Below are positions 10,572 through 21,343 of a stretch of 64,000 nt of DNA, piece after piece. A program made the translations under genes and the position numbers. The notes beneath the pieces are model-generated. The model was given only the letters and a program-made list of their open reading frames with translations. It was not told the DNA's origin and searched no databases. How positions within the stretch are numbered: position 1 is the stretch's first letter; every line of letters begins with the position of its first letter. The stretch is from a bacterium (GTDB taxonomy: Bacteria > Patescibacteriota > Microgenomatia > Levybacterales > UBA12049): NCBI GenBank assembly GCA_021777565.1, contig JAJYDJ010000003.1, positions 1,001 through 65,000 of the forward strand. The letters run 5' to 3'.

Positions 10572-11515
10572 AGTTCGTGTGCAAAGACCGAAAGAATTTT
10601 TTTATCAGACACACGATAATATTTCATTTGATTACTCCGCTCATGCAATACCCTTGGCAGACTAAGAATGGCTAGAAGAAATCCACGAATAAATAACCAG
10701 TTTTTGCCCTTAATTGCAGTGAGTATATGATACGGGAGCCAAAGAACATGTTGAAGTAACAAGTCGGTATCAGTAACATTAAGCCAAACCATAAAGAATT
10801 GATTACGGTATGAAGTTTGCTTTACAAAATCAGATTTTGCTGTTTTTTTGATAGTCCCAATCGTATGAGTATGAGTAACTACTGCTTTTGGCTCGAGTTC
10901 AATAAGATATCCCCTTTTTTGCGCTCGATATGAGAGATCTACGTCTTCCCAATAAAACGGATTATATAGTTCTTGTAATCCACCAATTGTGTCCCATATG
11001 GATTTTCTAAATGCACTGCTCCCACAGTCTGCCCAGAATGTATGCGTATTAATCATCTCGCCGTGTTTATGAAAAATAAATCCTCTTTTCCAGTATCCAA
11101 TAGCTCTCCCGCGTAGTGTTGTATCAGTGTCCTCATCACTATGATTTACGCATCCAACCGCAAATATTTTTTCATTATCGAAATGAGGAATAAGTTGACT
11201 AATAAAATTTTTTTCAGGGGCAACGTCTGTACCCAACAGTATGATAATATCCCCTGTCGCCGCTCGTACTGTGCGATTTACATTACGGGCAAATCCTCGA
11301 AAAGAAGTATCATGGGTCAAGATAGTAAATGGGACTGGTGATTTCTTTTTCAATTCTTGAAGTACAGATAGAGAATTATCCGTCGAATTATCATTCGATA
11401 CAACAATTTCTGTCTTATCCTTCCCATAAGCGACTGCCGCAGAAAAAACAGCTGGCATAGTTTTGGGTAATATCAACTCATTCTGATAGACTGGAATGCA
11501 AATACTTACTTTCAT
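10568..11515 (-). CDS. GT2 family glycosyltransferase
   Basis: MKVSICIPVYQNELILPKTMPAV...VVSNDNSTDNS...LLGTDVAPE, a GT-A fold signature. Confidence 0.65.
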   Translation of the reverse strand: MKVSICIPVYQNELILPKTMPAVFSAAVAYGKDKTEIVVSNDNSTDNSLSVLQELKKKSPVPFTILTHDTSFRGFARNVNRTVRAATGDIIILLGTDVAPEKNFISQLIPHFDNEKIFAVGCVNHSDEDTDTTLRGRAIGYWKRGFIFHKHGEMINTHTFWADCGSSAFRKSIWDTIGGLQELYNPFYWEDVDLSYRAQKRGYLIELEPKAVVTHTHTIGTIKKTAKSDFVKQTSYRNQFFMVWLNVTDTDLLLQHVLWLPYHILTAIKGKNWLFIRGFLLAILSLPRVLHERSNQMKYYRVSDKKILSVFAHEL

Positions 11516-13803
11516 AGACGATCCTTAAATACGACAGTGTGATCTCCTTTTGGTACCTCGACGCCACGAAGCGTTACGTCTACAGCATAGATCATTTCCT
11601 CTTTCCCATCAACGTATGCATGCCACGAGGGGTAATATTGATCAGTTAATACCAGAAAACCATTAGTCTCTGTATGTGTTCTTACTACGATTTGCTCAGA
11701 TGAATATTGTTGTATCATTGCGCTTCCACTCGCGTATGATGCTACTACATGATGTTCAACCACTGCTGTGGAAAGTAACTTATCTTGCAGTGCATACGTT
11801 TCCTCTACGTCTTGCTGCACAGATGTTGCGGGGGTTACATCCTTCACCAAGAATGCCCTTGGATAGACTTTGGTATTTTCATATATTTTCGTGGCTCCTT
11901 CTGATGCAACCAGCCGGAACTTATCATTAATAATCGGATCAAGAGAAAGAATATACTTAACGCCAAGAAGATCGATAAAAGGGCTGGTGTAATTTTTAGG
12001 AGTAATAATACGATTAAATCCAAATGGGGTCTGTATGTCAGGCTTTCTTCTCTCCATCATTGCAACAAATTGACCAAATCTGAGTGCGTATAATGGGTCA
12101 TATAATGTAAGAAATTGAACGTGATACATGTCATTTGCATTTGGTGGCAAAATACGATCATCAACTGCCAGCACTCTATACATCCCAACATTTTGCTGCA
12201 AATATGTAATCACTGGAGATGATGGATATACAAATCGCTGGTCAGTAAATGGAATGAACTTCCATGAGAAACGTAATAAATCAAAACTTGTGATTCCAAT
12301 AATCAAGATACCTAGAGCAAAAACAAAGAATTTCTTTTTTGATATTTCAGTAACAAGCATCGTAACAAGAGCGATGAAACCGAGTATTGTCGGCAATATA
12401 AGGTTACGTTTTGCAATACTTATGTCCTCCATGCCGATATGGAACTTTGTGAGAGAGAAAACGCTAGCCCAAGCAACTACTATGAGTAAAACAAAAAGAG
12501 ATCCTATCGTTATTTTCTCTTTTTTCGATGCGACAAAAAGACTATCCAACCCTATTCCAGCAAGTACCGCAAGACTCATATCAATAAGCGACAACAGGCG
12601 AGTTGGTTGTGAGGATGAGAGCAGTGGGAGATGCATTGTGAATGGAATTTTTGCCAGGGGAGTTGGCAGAGCAAAGAGAAATGCAATGAATATGATAAGC
12701 GCAAAGAACCATACGCGCCAATCTCTGCGAGGCAAGAGAACAATCAAAGAGGAAACTACAAGCAGAAGAGGAACTATCCCAATATATCCAATAAACTCTC
12801 CATAGTTCCATACGCCCCAATAATTCCCAGTTGCGGGATTACCAAAATAGTCAGGAGCAATAAATTGTACCAAGTGCTGCCATGGGATAAACCAACCTTC
12901 TTGGCCTGTAAAAGCTTGGTCGACACCTCTTCCGGAAACTTGAATAAATTGGAGTGTTGGGATCAACTGAGTAAGTCCAACCAGCAACATACCGACACCA
13001 GCAATCAAAAATGGCATGTATGTTCGAATATATGCTGAAAAAGTAACTTTCTTCTTCTCCTCGAAAATTTTCATAAAAATACGCAGGAAAAGATAACTAT
13101 TCGTTACCAAAAGCATGTAGAACCACACTTGTAAGTGACCTGCAAAAAGTGCAGACAACTCAGCAAAAAGGAACAATATTCCGAACTGGATACTCCATTT
13201 CTCTAACAATTTTTCTTTTGCATACAAAATAAGTGGCAGCCACACAAGTGTATGACTGATATTCCCCCAGCTCATCCATGAGACAGAAAAACCACAGAAT
13301 GCAAAGACAACTCCTCCAAGGATGCTCCCCAACTCACTCACTTTGATGCTTCTCAGGAAAAGATACATGAAAAGTATGCCAAGAAGTGGTTGTAACAACA
13401 TATAGACATCCCACGCATTGATAAAAGGCAAAAACAAAAAGACAATATTAATAGGATAAAAAACTCCTGATTGAAAATTGGCAAGCAGCGGTGTCCCCAG
13501 ACCATTATATGGATTCCATAATGGCAGTTGTCCATGAGTTATGCCTTGCATAACCAAGGATTTCCATGGATATTGTTGCCGGATTGGATCAGTAATGAGC
13601 GGGTTTTTATACGGGAATCCTCTTGGGAATTCGCTTGAAAACGTATCAATGTAGGGATGATACAGCCCAACAAGCGTGTCAGCAGGAATGATGTGTTGAT
13701 GATGCAAGAGAATACTCTTGGCAAAAATGCCTGTCATCAGAAGCGCGATACCAAGTGGTAATAAATATTTCATGCGAAAAGTTCTTTCACTTTCACTTCC
13801 CAA
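11512..13803 (-). CDS. YfhO-family GT-C membrane glycosyltransferase
   Basis: 763 aa. N-terminal YHPYID...PLWNPYNGLGTPLLANFQSGVFYPINIVF resembles the conserved YfhO N-terminal region. Multi-TM, with a C-terminal extracytoplasmic beta-rich domain. Confidence 0.6.
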   Translation of the reverse strand: MGSESERTFRMKYLLPLGIALLMTGIFAKSILLHHQHIIPADTLVGLYHPYIDTFSSEFPRGFPYKNPLITDPIRQQYPWKSLVMQGITHGQLPLWNPYNGLGTPLLANFQSGVFYPINIVFLFLPFINAWDVYMLLQPLLGILFMYLFLRSIKVSELGSILGGVVFAFCGFSVSWMSWGNISHTLVWLPLILYAKEKLLEKWSIQFGILFLFAELSALFAGHLQVWFYMLLVTNSYLFLRIFMKIFEEKKKVTFSAYIRTYMPFLIAGVGMLLVGLTQLIPTLQFIQVSGRGVDQAFTGQEGWFIPWQHLVQFIAPDYFGNPATGNYWGVWNYGEFIGYIGIVPLLLVVSSLIVLLPRRDWRVWFFALIIFIAFLFALPTPLAKIPFTMHLPLLSSSQPTRLLSLIDMSLAVLAGIGLDSLFVASKKEKITIGSLFVLLIVVAWASVFSLTKFHIGMEDISIAKRNLILPTILGFIALVTMLVTEISKKKFFVFALGILIIGITSFDLLRFSWKFIPFTDQRFVYPSSPVITYLQQNVGMYRVLAVDDRILPPNANDMYHVQFLTLYDPLYALRFGQFVAMMERRKPDIQTPFGFNRIITPKNYTSPFIDLLGVKYILSLDPIINDKFRLVASEGATKIYENTKVYPRAFLVKDVTPATSVQQDVEETYALQDKLLSTAVVEHHVVASYASGSAMIQQYSSEQIVVRTHTETNGFLVLTDQYYPSWHAYVDGKEEMIYAVDVTLRGVEVPKGDHTVVFKDRL

Positions 13804-14840
13804 TGTGCTCTACCAAAATCTAGTGCTCGCTCTTTTGCTGCTTTAGACATGCTCTCTCGCAACTCATCATCTTCTATGACTCGTCTGGTCTTTGTAGAGA
13901 GTTCTTCTTCGCTCTGCCACAGCAAACCGTTCTTCCCCTCAGTTACTATCTCCATTTGTCCCCCACCTGCAAAAACAACCGGGACAACACCGGCACTCAT
14001 GGCCTCAACCGTCGTAATCCCAAAGTGCTCTACAAGTTCTGGGTGTTTGGTAATATCCTCACCAAAACCACTTGCATGCCAATAAATTTTTGCTTTGCTA
14101 TATAAATCCCAAAGCACGTCACGATCAGGATTAGCGATAAGCTCGATCGGATACTCACCAATAGTACTACGTAACTGTTCAAAAAGAGCCACATCTTGGT
14201 CACGGACACTGCATGCAAGAGTAAATTTCCACTTGGCGAGACCTTGGTCACACATTTTCTGGAATTGTGTGATCATAAATGCCTGTTTCTTGAAATCTCC
14301 TCCTGAAGCGAGAGGACGGAATGCACCGACATGAAGGATCATATCTTGTTTTTTCGCTTCTTTGAGCAGTGGTGTTACGAGCGGATAGAGTACTTCAGAG
14401 ACCTTCCCAAACGATTGATCTGCATACTGTTTAGTAAAAAGAGAATTACAAAATATCTTCTTTATCCTCTGCATTTTGATTTTATCAAGAAGACTAAGTT
14501 TGATATGGGGCATCGGCTCCTGAATGTGCAGGTATACCCTTGCTGAAGCCAGAAGTGGGATACTGCCATCAGAGACAATAATCATTGCCTCATATTCTTT
14601 ACTTCTCTTCCAACGAGCAAGTAGTGAAGTATGTGAATTAAGGAAAGTAGGCACAACATGAAGAGAAGAGACATCATACCCGAACCTCTTGGTAACTTGT
14701 TCCATATCTTCTGGTGTGTGCACTAATATATCCACTGAGTGTTCTCGTGCCAAAAAGAGTGCAATATCCATGATATATTTCTCGCCACCACCTGCGCTAT
14801 TTTTTACATCAAGATATGGATTCCAAATTCCAATTTTCAT
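13770..14840 (-). CDS. GT4 (GT-B fold, group 1) glycosyltransferase
   Basis: ...GFGEDITKHPELVEHFGITTVEAMSAGVVPVVFAGGGQMEIV... is an EX7E-type motif of retaining GT4 enzymes. Confidence 0.65.
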   Translation of the reverse strand: MKIGIWNPYLDVKNSAGGGEKYIMDIALFLAREHSVDILVHTPEDMEQVTKRFGYDVSSLHVVPTFLNSHTSLLARWKRSKEYEAMIIVSDGSIPLLASARVYLHIQEPMPHIKLSLLDKIKMQRIKKIFCNSLFTKQYADQSFGKVSEVLYPLVTPLLKEAKKQDMILHVGAFRPLASGGDFKKQAFMITQFQKMCDQGLAKWKFTLACSVRDQDVALFEQLRSTIGEYPIELIANPDRDVLWDLYSKAKIYWHASGFGEDITKHPELVEHFGITTVEAMSAGVVPVVFAGGGQMEIVTEGKNGLLWQSEEELSTKTRRVIEDDELRESMSKAAKERALDFGRAHWEVKVKELFA

Positions 14841-14894
14841 ATATCTATTGTAGCAACTTTTGACATTTGGAAAAAGCGAGAGTACTATTAAGCT

Positions 14895-15143
14895 ATGTTT
14901 GGAGCAACACCAAATGATCTTCCTCTGCCACTTTTGATCGTACTTCTTGTATGGTCACTCGTTTGGCGTGGCATTGCACTTTGGCGGGCAGCTCGTCTCG
15001 GACAACAGAACTGGTTCATCGCAATTTTGGTACTTAACACCATTGGAATTCTTGAGATACTTTATCTTTTCTGGTTCGCAAAAGAACGTATTCGATTTGA
15101 TCTCTCCTCACTGAAACTTCCTCTAAAAAAGGGAAAGAAATAA
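14895..15143 (+). CDS. Small two-TM membrane protein
   Basis: 82 aa with two hydrophobic helices and a K-rich C-terminus. It sits between two minus-strand operons. Confidence 0.3.
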   Translation: MFGATPNDLPLPLLIVLLVWSLVWRGIALWRAARLGQQNWFIAILVLNTIGILEILYLFWFAKERIRFDLSSLKLPLKKGKK

Positions 15144-15148
15144 TATCT

Positions 15149-17494
15149 TCAAGGAAGAAATTTTGTGGACAGCCTTTGTGAGATCTGAGTAAAGTAGATT
15201 GAGAGTAGTAAGAGCATTCCTGTACCCATAAGTATTAATCCTAGCTTCCATTGCCATGGGTTATAAACAAATTCAACGGTGTGGGTACCTGCAGGGACAA
15301 CGATCGCTCGGAATGTATAATCTGCCCTATATATTTTTGCTGCTCTGTCATCAACAAGCGCTTCCCAGCCAGGATCATAGATTTCTGACAAGAAAAGAAG
15401 TGACGGATGGTCAACTGATGTTTTGACAAGGATTTGTTCTGGCTTGTAGGAAGTTATTGTCGCACTTCCTGACCCAAGTTGATGTATGTTTGGGTCCTGT
15501 TCAAGAATTATTGTATGAGAACGATCAAAATTCGCTCCAAATAACGTTGGGAGGATGGTATCTGAGTTGCGATCAACGACATATGATTGTGGTATCCAGA
15601 CGTGTGGCAGACTGTCATGGTTGGTAAAGACCTGATATACACTATTCTCCCCTGTCTTCTCCAATCCTGGGTAGTTCCAGAAGTGGAATTCCCAATCAGC
15701 TTGTCCGTCAGAGATTTTATGAAAAATATATCTTGTATTTAGTAGATCAAGTGCTTGTTTAGTATACAAACCTGATCGAGGGACATTTACGATAGATCCA
15801 CCAGCACGCGTTGATGTTCCATTGTCAGTAAACGCAATAAATTGACCATATCGAGTAATATAGAAAGGATCATATCCATCCAGAAGTGGTAAATGGTAGA
15901 CATCCCCTACTTCAGCAGTGAAAAGTCCAAAAACACGTTCATACGTCGCATAGGGAGCAAAGTCATTTGTCACTGAAGACTGTGGATACATAAGGCTAAC
16001 TGGGGTAAACGCATTCCACTTACTACTAAAACGAAGCATGTCAAATGAAACTATCGCAATAAGAAGAACCAAGCAACCAATCATGACCAGCTTTTTCTTC
16101 AAAATAGTCATTGTTATTGTGATACCAAGCACGAGAAGCAAGAAAACCGTTGGCAAAATCATATTTTGCTTTGCAACCGCAAATGACGCGACGTGCCATA
16201 CTTTCATCCCGACTATGAGATTGGCCCATACCCCGATAGCAAACACGGTCGGCACACTTGCAAAAACAGCAAGCATTTTCTTGGAGATATTACCTTCTCG
16301 TAATTGATCAAGGCCGAATGCGGCCAGTACACTCAAAGAGAAACTCCACAGAATAAGAATTCTACTTGCTGCAGCATTTGCAAAAAATGGCACTTGCCAG
16401 GCTACTAATGATCGAATAAATACCGTGTCATATGCCAGAAGTAAAGCGAACAAACCACTCAGCCCAAAGAAGATGACTCTGCTATCCCGTTTGAAAAACG
16501 CAAAAAAACTCAAGAAGAAAGCGACGACGCCTGTATATCCATTCCATTCAGCATAGTGCCCAAACCATGTATTGCCTGTTACTGGATTTCCATAGAAATC
16601 AGGAGCAAACAGTGTCAGAACATACTGCCATGGGACAATCTCACCATTAGATACTGCCCCATACCGAGTCGATTGCATAAAATAACTGAGTGATGGAAGC
16701 AGCTGGGGCATGGTGAGCAGGAACCCACTCAGGGCTGCAAGGGAACCAAGCAGGCGTTTTTTCCCAGTGGTAAAACACAGTAGATAGCAAAAGACTAAGA
16801 CAGAGAAGTAGATGCTTGTTTGTACGTGTCCACTAAAAAATGACAATGGGAACGTAATTGCAAGAAGAATAAGGTATCGAAAACGTTCAGTTACTTGAAA
16901 CTTCTCAATAGCCAGGAGTGCCAGAGGAAGCCACAGTGCAGCATATGCTAGTGTGCCATATTCCATCCATACGGTGATAAACCCACAAAACATGAAGCTG
17001 ATACTCCCAAGAACTGATGCCCAGGTGCTTTTATTAAGCACCCGTAAAAAGACATACATACTTATCCCTGCGATAAGTGGTTGTAATAGGATAAGCAGTC
17101 CCCACGCGATGGGAAACGAGAAGATAAAAAACAGGACATTCAGCGGTGACAATACAGCTGATTGAAAATTGGCCAAATGCTCTGTACCCGAAAAGCTATA
17201 TGGGTTCCAAAGTGGAACGAATCCGTGTTTTAGTGAATCGATGGTATACATTTTCCATGGCACAATCTGATCAAGAATATCCGGCATAGCACCATTTTTC
17301 ACAATATGGGTAAACCCCTCTTCACTCGTCCATGGTGAAAAGTGATTTACCAGGTAGTCCCCAGGAAATGGTATTCTTGCTTTTAGAAAAAACGGAGATG
17401 AAAAAATAAACCACACAGCGACAATCACAAGCAGAGGGAGTGATTTACGCAAAAGAGATTGTTTCATGATAGCTTTCGAGTTTGTTGTTCCCAT
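15149..17494 (-). CDS. YfhO-family GT-C membrane glycosyltransferase (paralog)
   Basis: 781 aa with PFPGDYL...VPLWNPYSFSGTEHLANFQSAVLSPLNVLFFIF. Confidence 0.6.
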   Translation of the reverse strand: MGTTNSKAIMKQSLLRKSLPLLVIVAVWFIFSSPFFLKARIPFPGDYLVNHFSPWTSEEGFTHIVKNGAMPDILDQIVPWKMYTIDSLKHGFVPLWNPYSFSGTEHLANFQSAVLSPLNVLFFIFSFPIAWGLLILLQPLIAGISMYVFLRVLNKSTWASVLGSISFMFCGFITVWMEYGTLAYAALWLPLALLAIEKFQVTERFRYLILLAITFPLSFFSGHVQTSIYFSVLVFCYLLCFTTGKKRLLGSLAALSGFLLTMPQLLPSLSYFMQSTRYGAVSNGEIVPWQYVLTLFAPDFYGNPVTGNTWFGHYAEWNGYTGVVAFFLSFFAFFKRDSRVIFFGLSGLFALLLAYDTVFIRSLVAWQVPFFANAAASRILILWSFSLSVLAAFGLDQLREGNISKKMLAVFASVPTVFAIGVWANLIVGMKVWHVASFAVAKQNMILPTVFLLLVLGITITMTILKKKLVMIGCLVLLIAIVSFDMLRFSSKWNAFTPVSLMYPQSSVTNDFAPYATYERVFGLFTAEVGDVYHLPLLDGYDPFYITRYGQFIAFTDNGTSTRAGGSIVNVPRSGLYTKQALDLLNTRYIFHKISDGQADWEFHFWNYPGLEKTGENSVYQVFTNHDSLPHVWIPQSYVVDRNSDTILPTLFGANFDRSHTIILEQDPNIHQLGSGSATITSYKPEQILVKTSVDHPSLLFLSEIYDPGWEALVDDRAAKIYRADYTFRAIVVPAGTHTVEFVYNPWQWKLGLILMGTGMLLLLSIYFTQISQRLSTKFLP

Positions 17495-18222
17495 ACTTTG
17501 GCATAGGTGATAAACATACTGTATCCCTGGTAGATACTTTCAACAAGCCCTGGAGTTCCGATCGTATACCCTTTTTGTTTGATAAAGCTATTCCAGAAAC
17601 CTGTAAGAAATACTCTAAAGAATCTCCACCAGACAATACGAGGATGATGCGCTTCAAGGCGAAACCTCGCCTCAAGAGTAGACCAATGGATTGTCTTATC
17701 GAGCATGTTTGCAAGATCTTCATGAGTAAAATGTAAGAAAAGTCCCGGAAGTCGTCCTTTTTTACCATCAAAATATGCAGTTTCATGTAAATCACCTTTC
17801 CATTCATGAAGAGTTTCTCTTCTAAAGAGACGAGCAAAAAATTCTCTCTGCGGCCAGGCAAACTTTCCTAAATAATAATTTTGTCTCTCAAGCTCATACG
17901 AGCCATACTCTTTATCGTCTTTTTCTATAGCATCAAGAATGTTTTTTTGCAGCTCTGGCGTAATTCGCTCATCCGCGTCCAGATACAGTACCCATTCTGA
18001 TTTTGCCTTTTTCAAAACAGTATTATGCAGTTGTGCATAACTTACATATGCTTTTTGAGGGTCTTCAAACACTTTGGCACCACACTGTTTTGCTACTTCA
18101 CCTGTTCTATCTGTGGACGCATTATTGAGTACGATCACTTCATCACAAAATGTTACTGAATCAATAGCATCAGCAATGACTTTCTCTTCGTTATGAGCAA
18201 CTATGAGTGCGGAAATTTTCAT
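17464..18222 (-). CDS. GT2 family glycosyltransferase
   Basis: MKISALIVAHNEEKVIADAIDSV...VLNNASTDRTGEVA...YLDADE. Confidence 0.65.
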   Translation of the reverse strand: MKISALIVAHNEEKVIADAIDSVTFCDEVIVLNNASTDRTGEVAKQCGAKVFEDPQKAYVSYAQLHNTVLKKAKSEWVLYLDADERITPELQKNILDAIEKDDKEYGSYELERQNYYLGKFAWPQREFFARLFRRETLHEWKGDLHETAYFDGKKGRLPGLFLHFTHEDLANMLDKTIHWSTLEARFRLEAHHPRIVWWRFFRVFLTGFWNSFIKQKGYTIGTPGLVESIYQGYSMFITYAKVWEQQTRKLS

Positions 18223-19130
18223 AGGGATGTACGAATTTTTTGCTTTAATCGCATCAGAATTTTTTCTGATGTATTCTTGGCTGACTTGAGGGCAATTTCA
18301 CGGAACCAATACCCTAGCTCTTTCTGCAAGGCAAGAAACTCTTTCTCAACGCGTGTCAGGGTAACTGACTCTTGTGGCTCTGCAAATTTGATCATCTCCC
18401 ACTGTTTCAGAGCAATCATAAGAGAATAGACAGCGTCCAAAAGTGCAATAACTAACCCATGCAAACCATCCTTATATCCCTCCCATGCAAAGTATCTTCT
18501 CAGGAACTCTGCAAGAGGTGCTGTCAGCACACTCGTCCAAACAAATGGGACATCTTGCAATTCTTTTACTTTGACACTGGTATATCTATCCATTCTCAAA
18601 ATCCATTCAGTGACAGACGTATAATGATGATGAATAAGCGCATTATTCTCTATTGCTGGCACATTATATATTTCTGCATTAATTGTCGGCTTACTATGAA
18701 TTTCCGTGTGCCAAATGACACTTCCTTTTTTAAAGAGTCTGGGATGACGATCTGGCCAATACCCACTGTGCTCGATCCATTTGCCAAAAATCATATTTTT
18801 CCGAGGGATATTAACAACAACATTTCTTTCTTGTGCGTAGGTAACCATTTCTTCTAAGTTCTCAGGAGCCTCTTCATCTGCATCCAAAAAAAGCACCCAC
18901 TCATGTGTCGCATGGGTAAGCGCTTGCTCGCGTTGTGGCTCCACATACGGGATGAATTGTATCTGAATAACATTTTTTGTATGTTTTTTCGCGATTTTTA
19001 CTGTGTCATCAGTTGAGCCACTATCAAATACGATGATTTCATCAGCAGATGATGCTGACTTGATGGCACGCTCAATCACAGAGGCGCTGTTGCTGGTAAA
19101 AATTATTACTGAAAGATTAAGCTTCTTCAT
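18219..19130 (-). CDS. GT2 family glycosyltransferase
   Basis: LSVIIFTSNSASVIERAI...VFDSGSTDDT...LFLDADEE. Confidence 0.65.
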   Translation of the reverse strand: MKKLNLSVIIFTSNSASVIERAIKSASSADEIIVFDSGSTDDTVKIAKKHTKNVIQIQFIPYVEPQREQALTHATHEWVLFLDADEEAPENLEEMVTYAQERNVVVNIPRKNMIFGKWIEHSGYWPDRHPRLFKKGSVIWHTEIHSKPTINAEIYNVPAIENNALIHHHYTSVTEWILRMDRYTSVKVKELQDVPFVWTSVLTAPLAEFLRRYFAWEGYKDGLHGLVIALLDAVYSLMIALKQWEMIKFAEPQESVTLTRVEKEFLALQKELGYWFREIALKSAKNTSEKILMRLKQKIRTSL

Positions 19131-20589
19131 GGGCTAATTGCCTTCGTATAAATTGTATATCGTGGAGAATTTCCTGTCGAGCGAGAAGAAACAAACTCCC
19201 AAGATATACGAGAGAGAAAGAACCTCCGACAACTATCACTTGCACGTAGGAGAAATGCATCAGAGAATTTACTCCAAGACCAGCTAGAATAGCGATTGCG
19301 GTCGCGACAGCAGGTTTTACCGATGTCCATAACGAGAATTCAATCCATTTACGTGCAATCGGTAACAGGATGAAACTTGTTGATGAGACGACCAGAAGTG
19401 CCCCAGCAACTCCATTGTGCCCCCATAAGTGAGCACTAATCGGGACCAGCAGCCACGTCACAACTGTCCAGATGACCATAAAGACAAGTGTCACTTTGAT
19501 ATGTTTTACCGCGTTGAGTGCATTGGTTACTGGCGTTGTAATGGCACTAATTGCAGCAGCAGCAGCAAAAAGGATCAACGCAATAATAGCAGGCTCCCAA
19601 CGGTTATATTTGGGGATTATATAAATCAGTGAGATAAACAAGAAACATAGGAGACTAAGCCCTGGGAAGACAAGTCCTGCTACTAAGAAAATTGTACGAG
19701 AGAGTGCTACACCCAAGATCTTCGTGTCATGCTGCATCCGTGCAAATGATGGGAAACTGATACGAATTACGTTGTCCATAATCAGCCGCAGGGGTGCATA
19801 GGCCCACTTTTGAGCAAATCCTATATATCCAATAGCAGAAAGCGGTAGAATTTTCCCTAAGACGACGAGTAATAAATTGTCTTTTACCAATGCAAGGAAG
19901 CTATTCATTTGGAAAGGAATACCAAATGAAAGGAGATGTTTGGCAGCAACTTTTGAGAAAATGAAATGCGGTCTCCACGGTTTTACAACATAAATTGCGA
20001 TAAGTCCAGCAATGTCACGTGCAAGGATTGCAAAAACAAATGATTTTACTCCCCATCCCATAAGCGCAAGTACTACTACCACTGAGTCAAAAAATATTGC
20101 TTCAACCACTTGCGGGATAACTAAACGATCAAACCTGAGAACTCGCTCCAAAAGAATTGATGGAATTGTTTTGAGTGATGAGACAAAAAATGAAAACACT
20201 AACACGTAGTAGAGCCATAACCCATCAGTATTTAACTTATAAAATCCTTGAACAAAAGGACCTACCGCCACGGCAATAAGACTAACACTGATGACAAGAA
20301 TTTGCTGGAGATAGAATGTTGTATTTAAATCCTCTTCAGTAATATCCTCTTTCTTCTGGATCAGAGCCGCTGCCAGACCAATGTCTGAGAAATAGGCAAG
20401 AAATGCAATAACAGCAGTCGCAAGTGAATATACACCAATAGTTGCCGGAGAGAGGATAATGGTAAGCGTGAAGAATGCAACGAAATTAATTCCTTGAATA
20501 AAGAAACTTCGCGTGACAAGAGCCGCAATACCGGTAAGTGATCGACGAACGACCAACGCTACATCAAGCGCTTCAGGCAGGTTTTCCAT
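19117..20589 (-). CDS. Wzx-like polysaccharide/oligosaccharide flippase (MOP superfamily)
   Basis: 490 aa, about 12-14 TM. The N-terminus (RRSLTGIAALVTRSFFIQGINFVAFFTLTIILSPATIGVYSLATAVIAFLAYFSDIGLAAALIQ) is typical of polysaccharide biosynthesis flippases. Confidence 0.55.
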   Translation of the reverse strand: MENLPEALDVALVVRRSLTGIAALVTRSFFIQGINFVAFFTLTIILSPATIGVYSLATAVIAFLAYFSDIGLAAALIQKKEDITEEDLNTTFYLQQILVISVSLIAVAVGPFVQGFYKLNTDGLWLYYVLVFSFFVSSLKTIPSILLERVLRFDRLVIPQVVEAIFFDSVVVVLALMGWGVKSFVFAILARDIAGLIAIYVVKPWRPHFIFSKVAAKHLLSFGIPFQMNSFLALVKDNLLLVVLGKILPLSAIGYIGFAQKWAYAPLRLIMDNVIRISFPSFARMQHDTKILGVALSRTIFLVAGLVFPGLSLLCFLFISLIYIIPKYNRWEPAIIALILFAAAAAISAITTPVTNALNAVKHIKVTLVFMVIWTVVTWLLVPISAHLWGHNGVAGALLVVSSTSFILLPIARKWIEFSLWTSVKPAVATAIAILAGLGVNSLMHFSYVQVIVVGGSFSLVYLGSLFLLARQEILHDIQFIRRQLAHEEA

Positions 20590-21343
20590 AGTTCAACTGC
20601 TTCCACAATTGAAAGCTCTCTCTGACAGCGCGAACAATCACCCGGATATTACCACCAGTCGACTCTCCAAACGTACGTGGATAGTGGTTAACCTCGACTT
20701 GGGCAATTTTCAAGTGCGCTTTCTTCGCTTTTGCCAGGATTTCAGTAGTAATCATTGCGCCATCTGATGACAGAGGCAAAAGCGCATTCAATGCTTTTCG
20801 AGTAAACAATTTAAATCCACAATCAATATCTTTAAAGTGGAAACCAAAGAAGAGATAATCCCAAATTTTCAGAAGCATCATCAACATGTGTCTTACTGGA
20901 TGATCATTTCTTTTTTTGCGATATCCGATCACCATATCAACACCATTCACTTTTGCAATCAATTTTTCTGCTTCTGAGAACTTAAATTGCCTGTCTCCAT
21001 CTGCAAAAATAACCAGATCATATTTTGCAGCTTCTAGCCCAGCTTTGAGAGCTCCACCATATCCCTTGTTAGGAACATTTTGGACAAATCGAAGATTCGG
21101 ATCAAGTTTCAGAAGTTTCTTTGCAACCGCTGCAGTCTTATCTTTGGACCCATCATCTACCATGATGATTTCCCATTTTTTGGCAAGTTTTTTTGCAACT
21201 GGTAGCGCTTCTTCTACCACTGCTTCTATGTTTTTTTCTTCATTATAAAATGGGAAGAAAATAGATAATTCATCTACTTTTGTCATAGTGCTTACTTTTA
21301 TTGTACATGCCTCTTGGCAAAAATGCCAGAGATCAAAATACAT
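20573..21343 (-). CDS. GT2 polyprenyl-phosphate glycosyltransferase (GtrB/ArnC/DPM1-like)
   Basis: LSIFFPFYNEEKNIEAVV...IIMVDDGSKDKTAAVA...VQNVPNKGYGGALKAGLEAAKYDLVIFADGDRQF. This is a close signature of GtrB/ArnC-type enzymes. Confidence 0.7.
   Translation of the reverse strand: MYFDLWHFCQEACTIKVSTMTKVDELSIFFPFYNEEKNIEAVVEEALPVAKKLAKKWEIIMVDDGSKDKTAAVAKKLLKLDPNLRFVQNVPNKGYGGALKAGLEAAKYDLVIFADGDRQFKFSEAEKLIAKVNGVDMVIGYRKKRNDHPVRHMLMMLLKIWDYLFFGFHFKDIDCGFKLFTRKALNALLPLSSDGAMITTEILAKAKKAHLKIAQVEVNHYPRTFGESTGGNIRVIVRAVRESFQLWKQLNYGKPA

Noticed and set aside
12128-13038. Plus-strand ORFs of 225 and 135 aa inside the YfhO-like gene
   Set aside because: Antisense to a 763-aa membrane protein with a conserved family motif. 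No RBS or context supports them.
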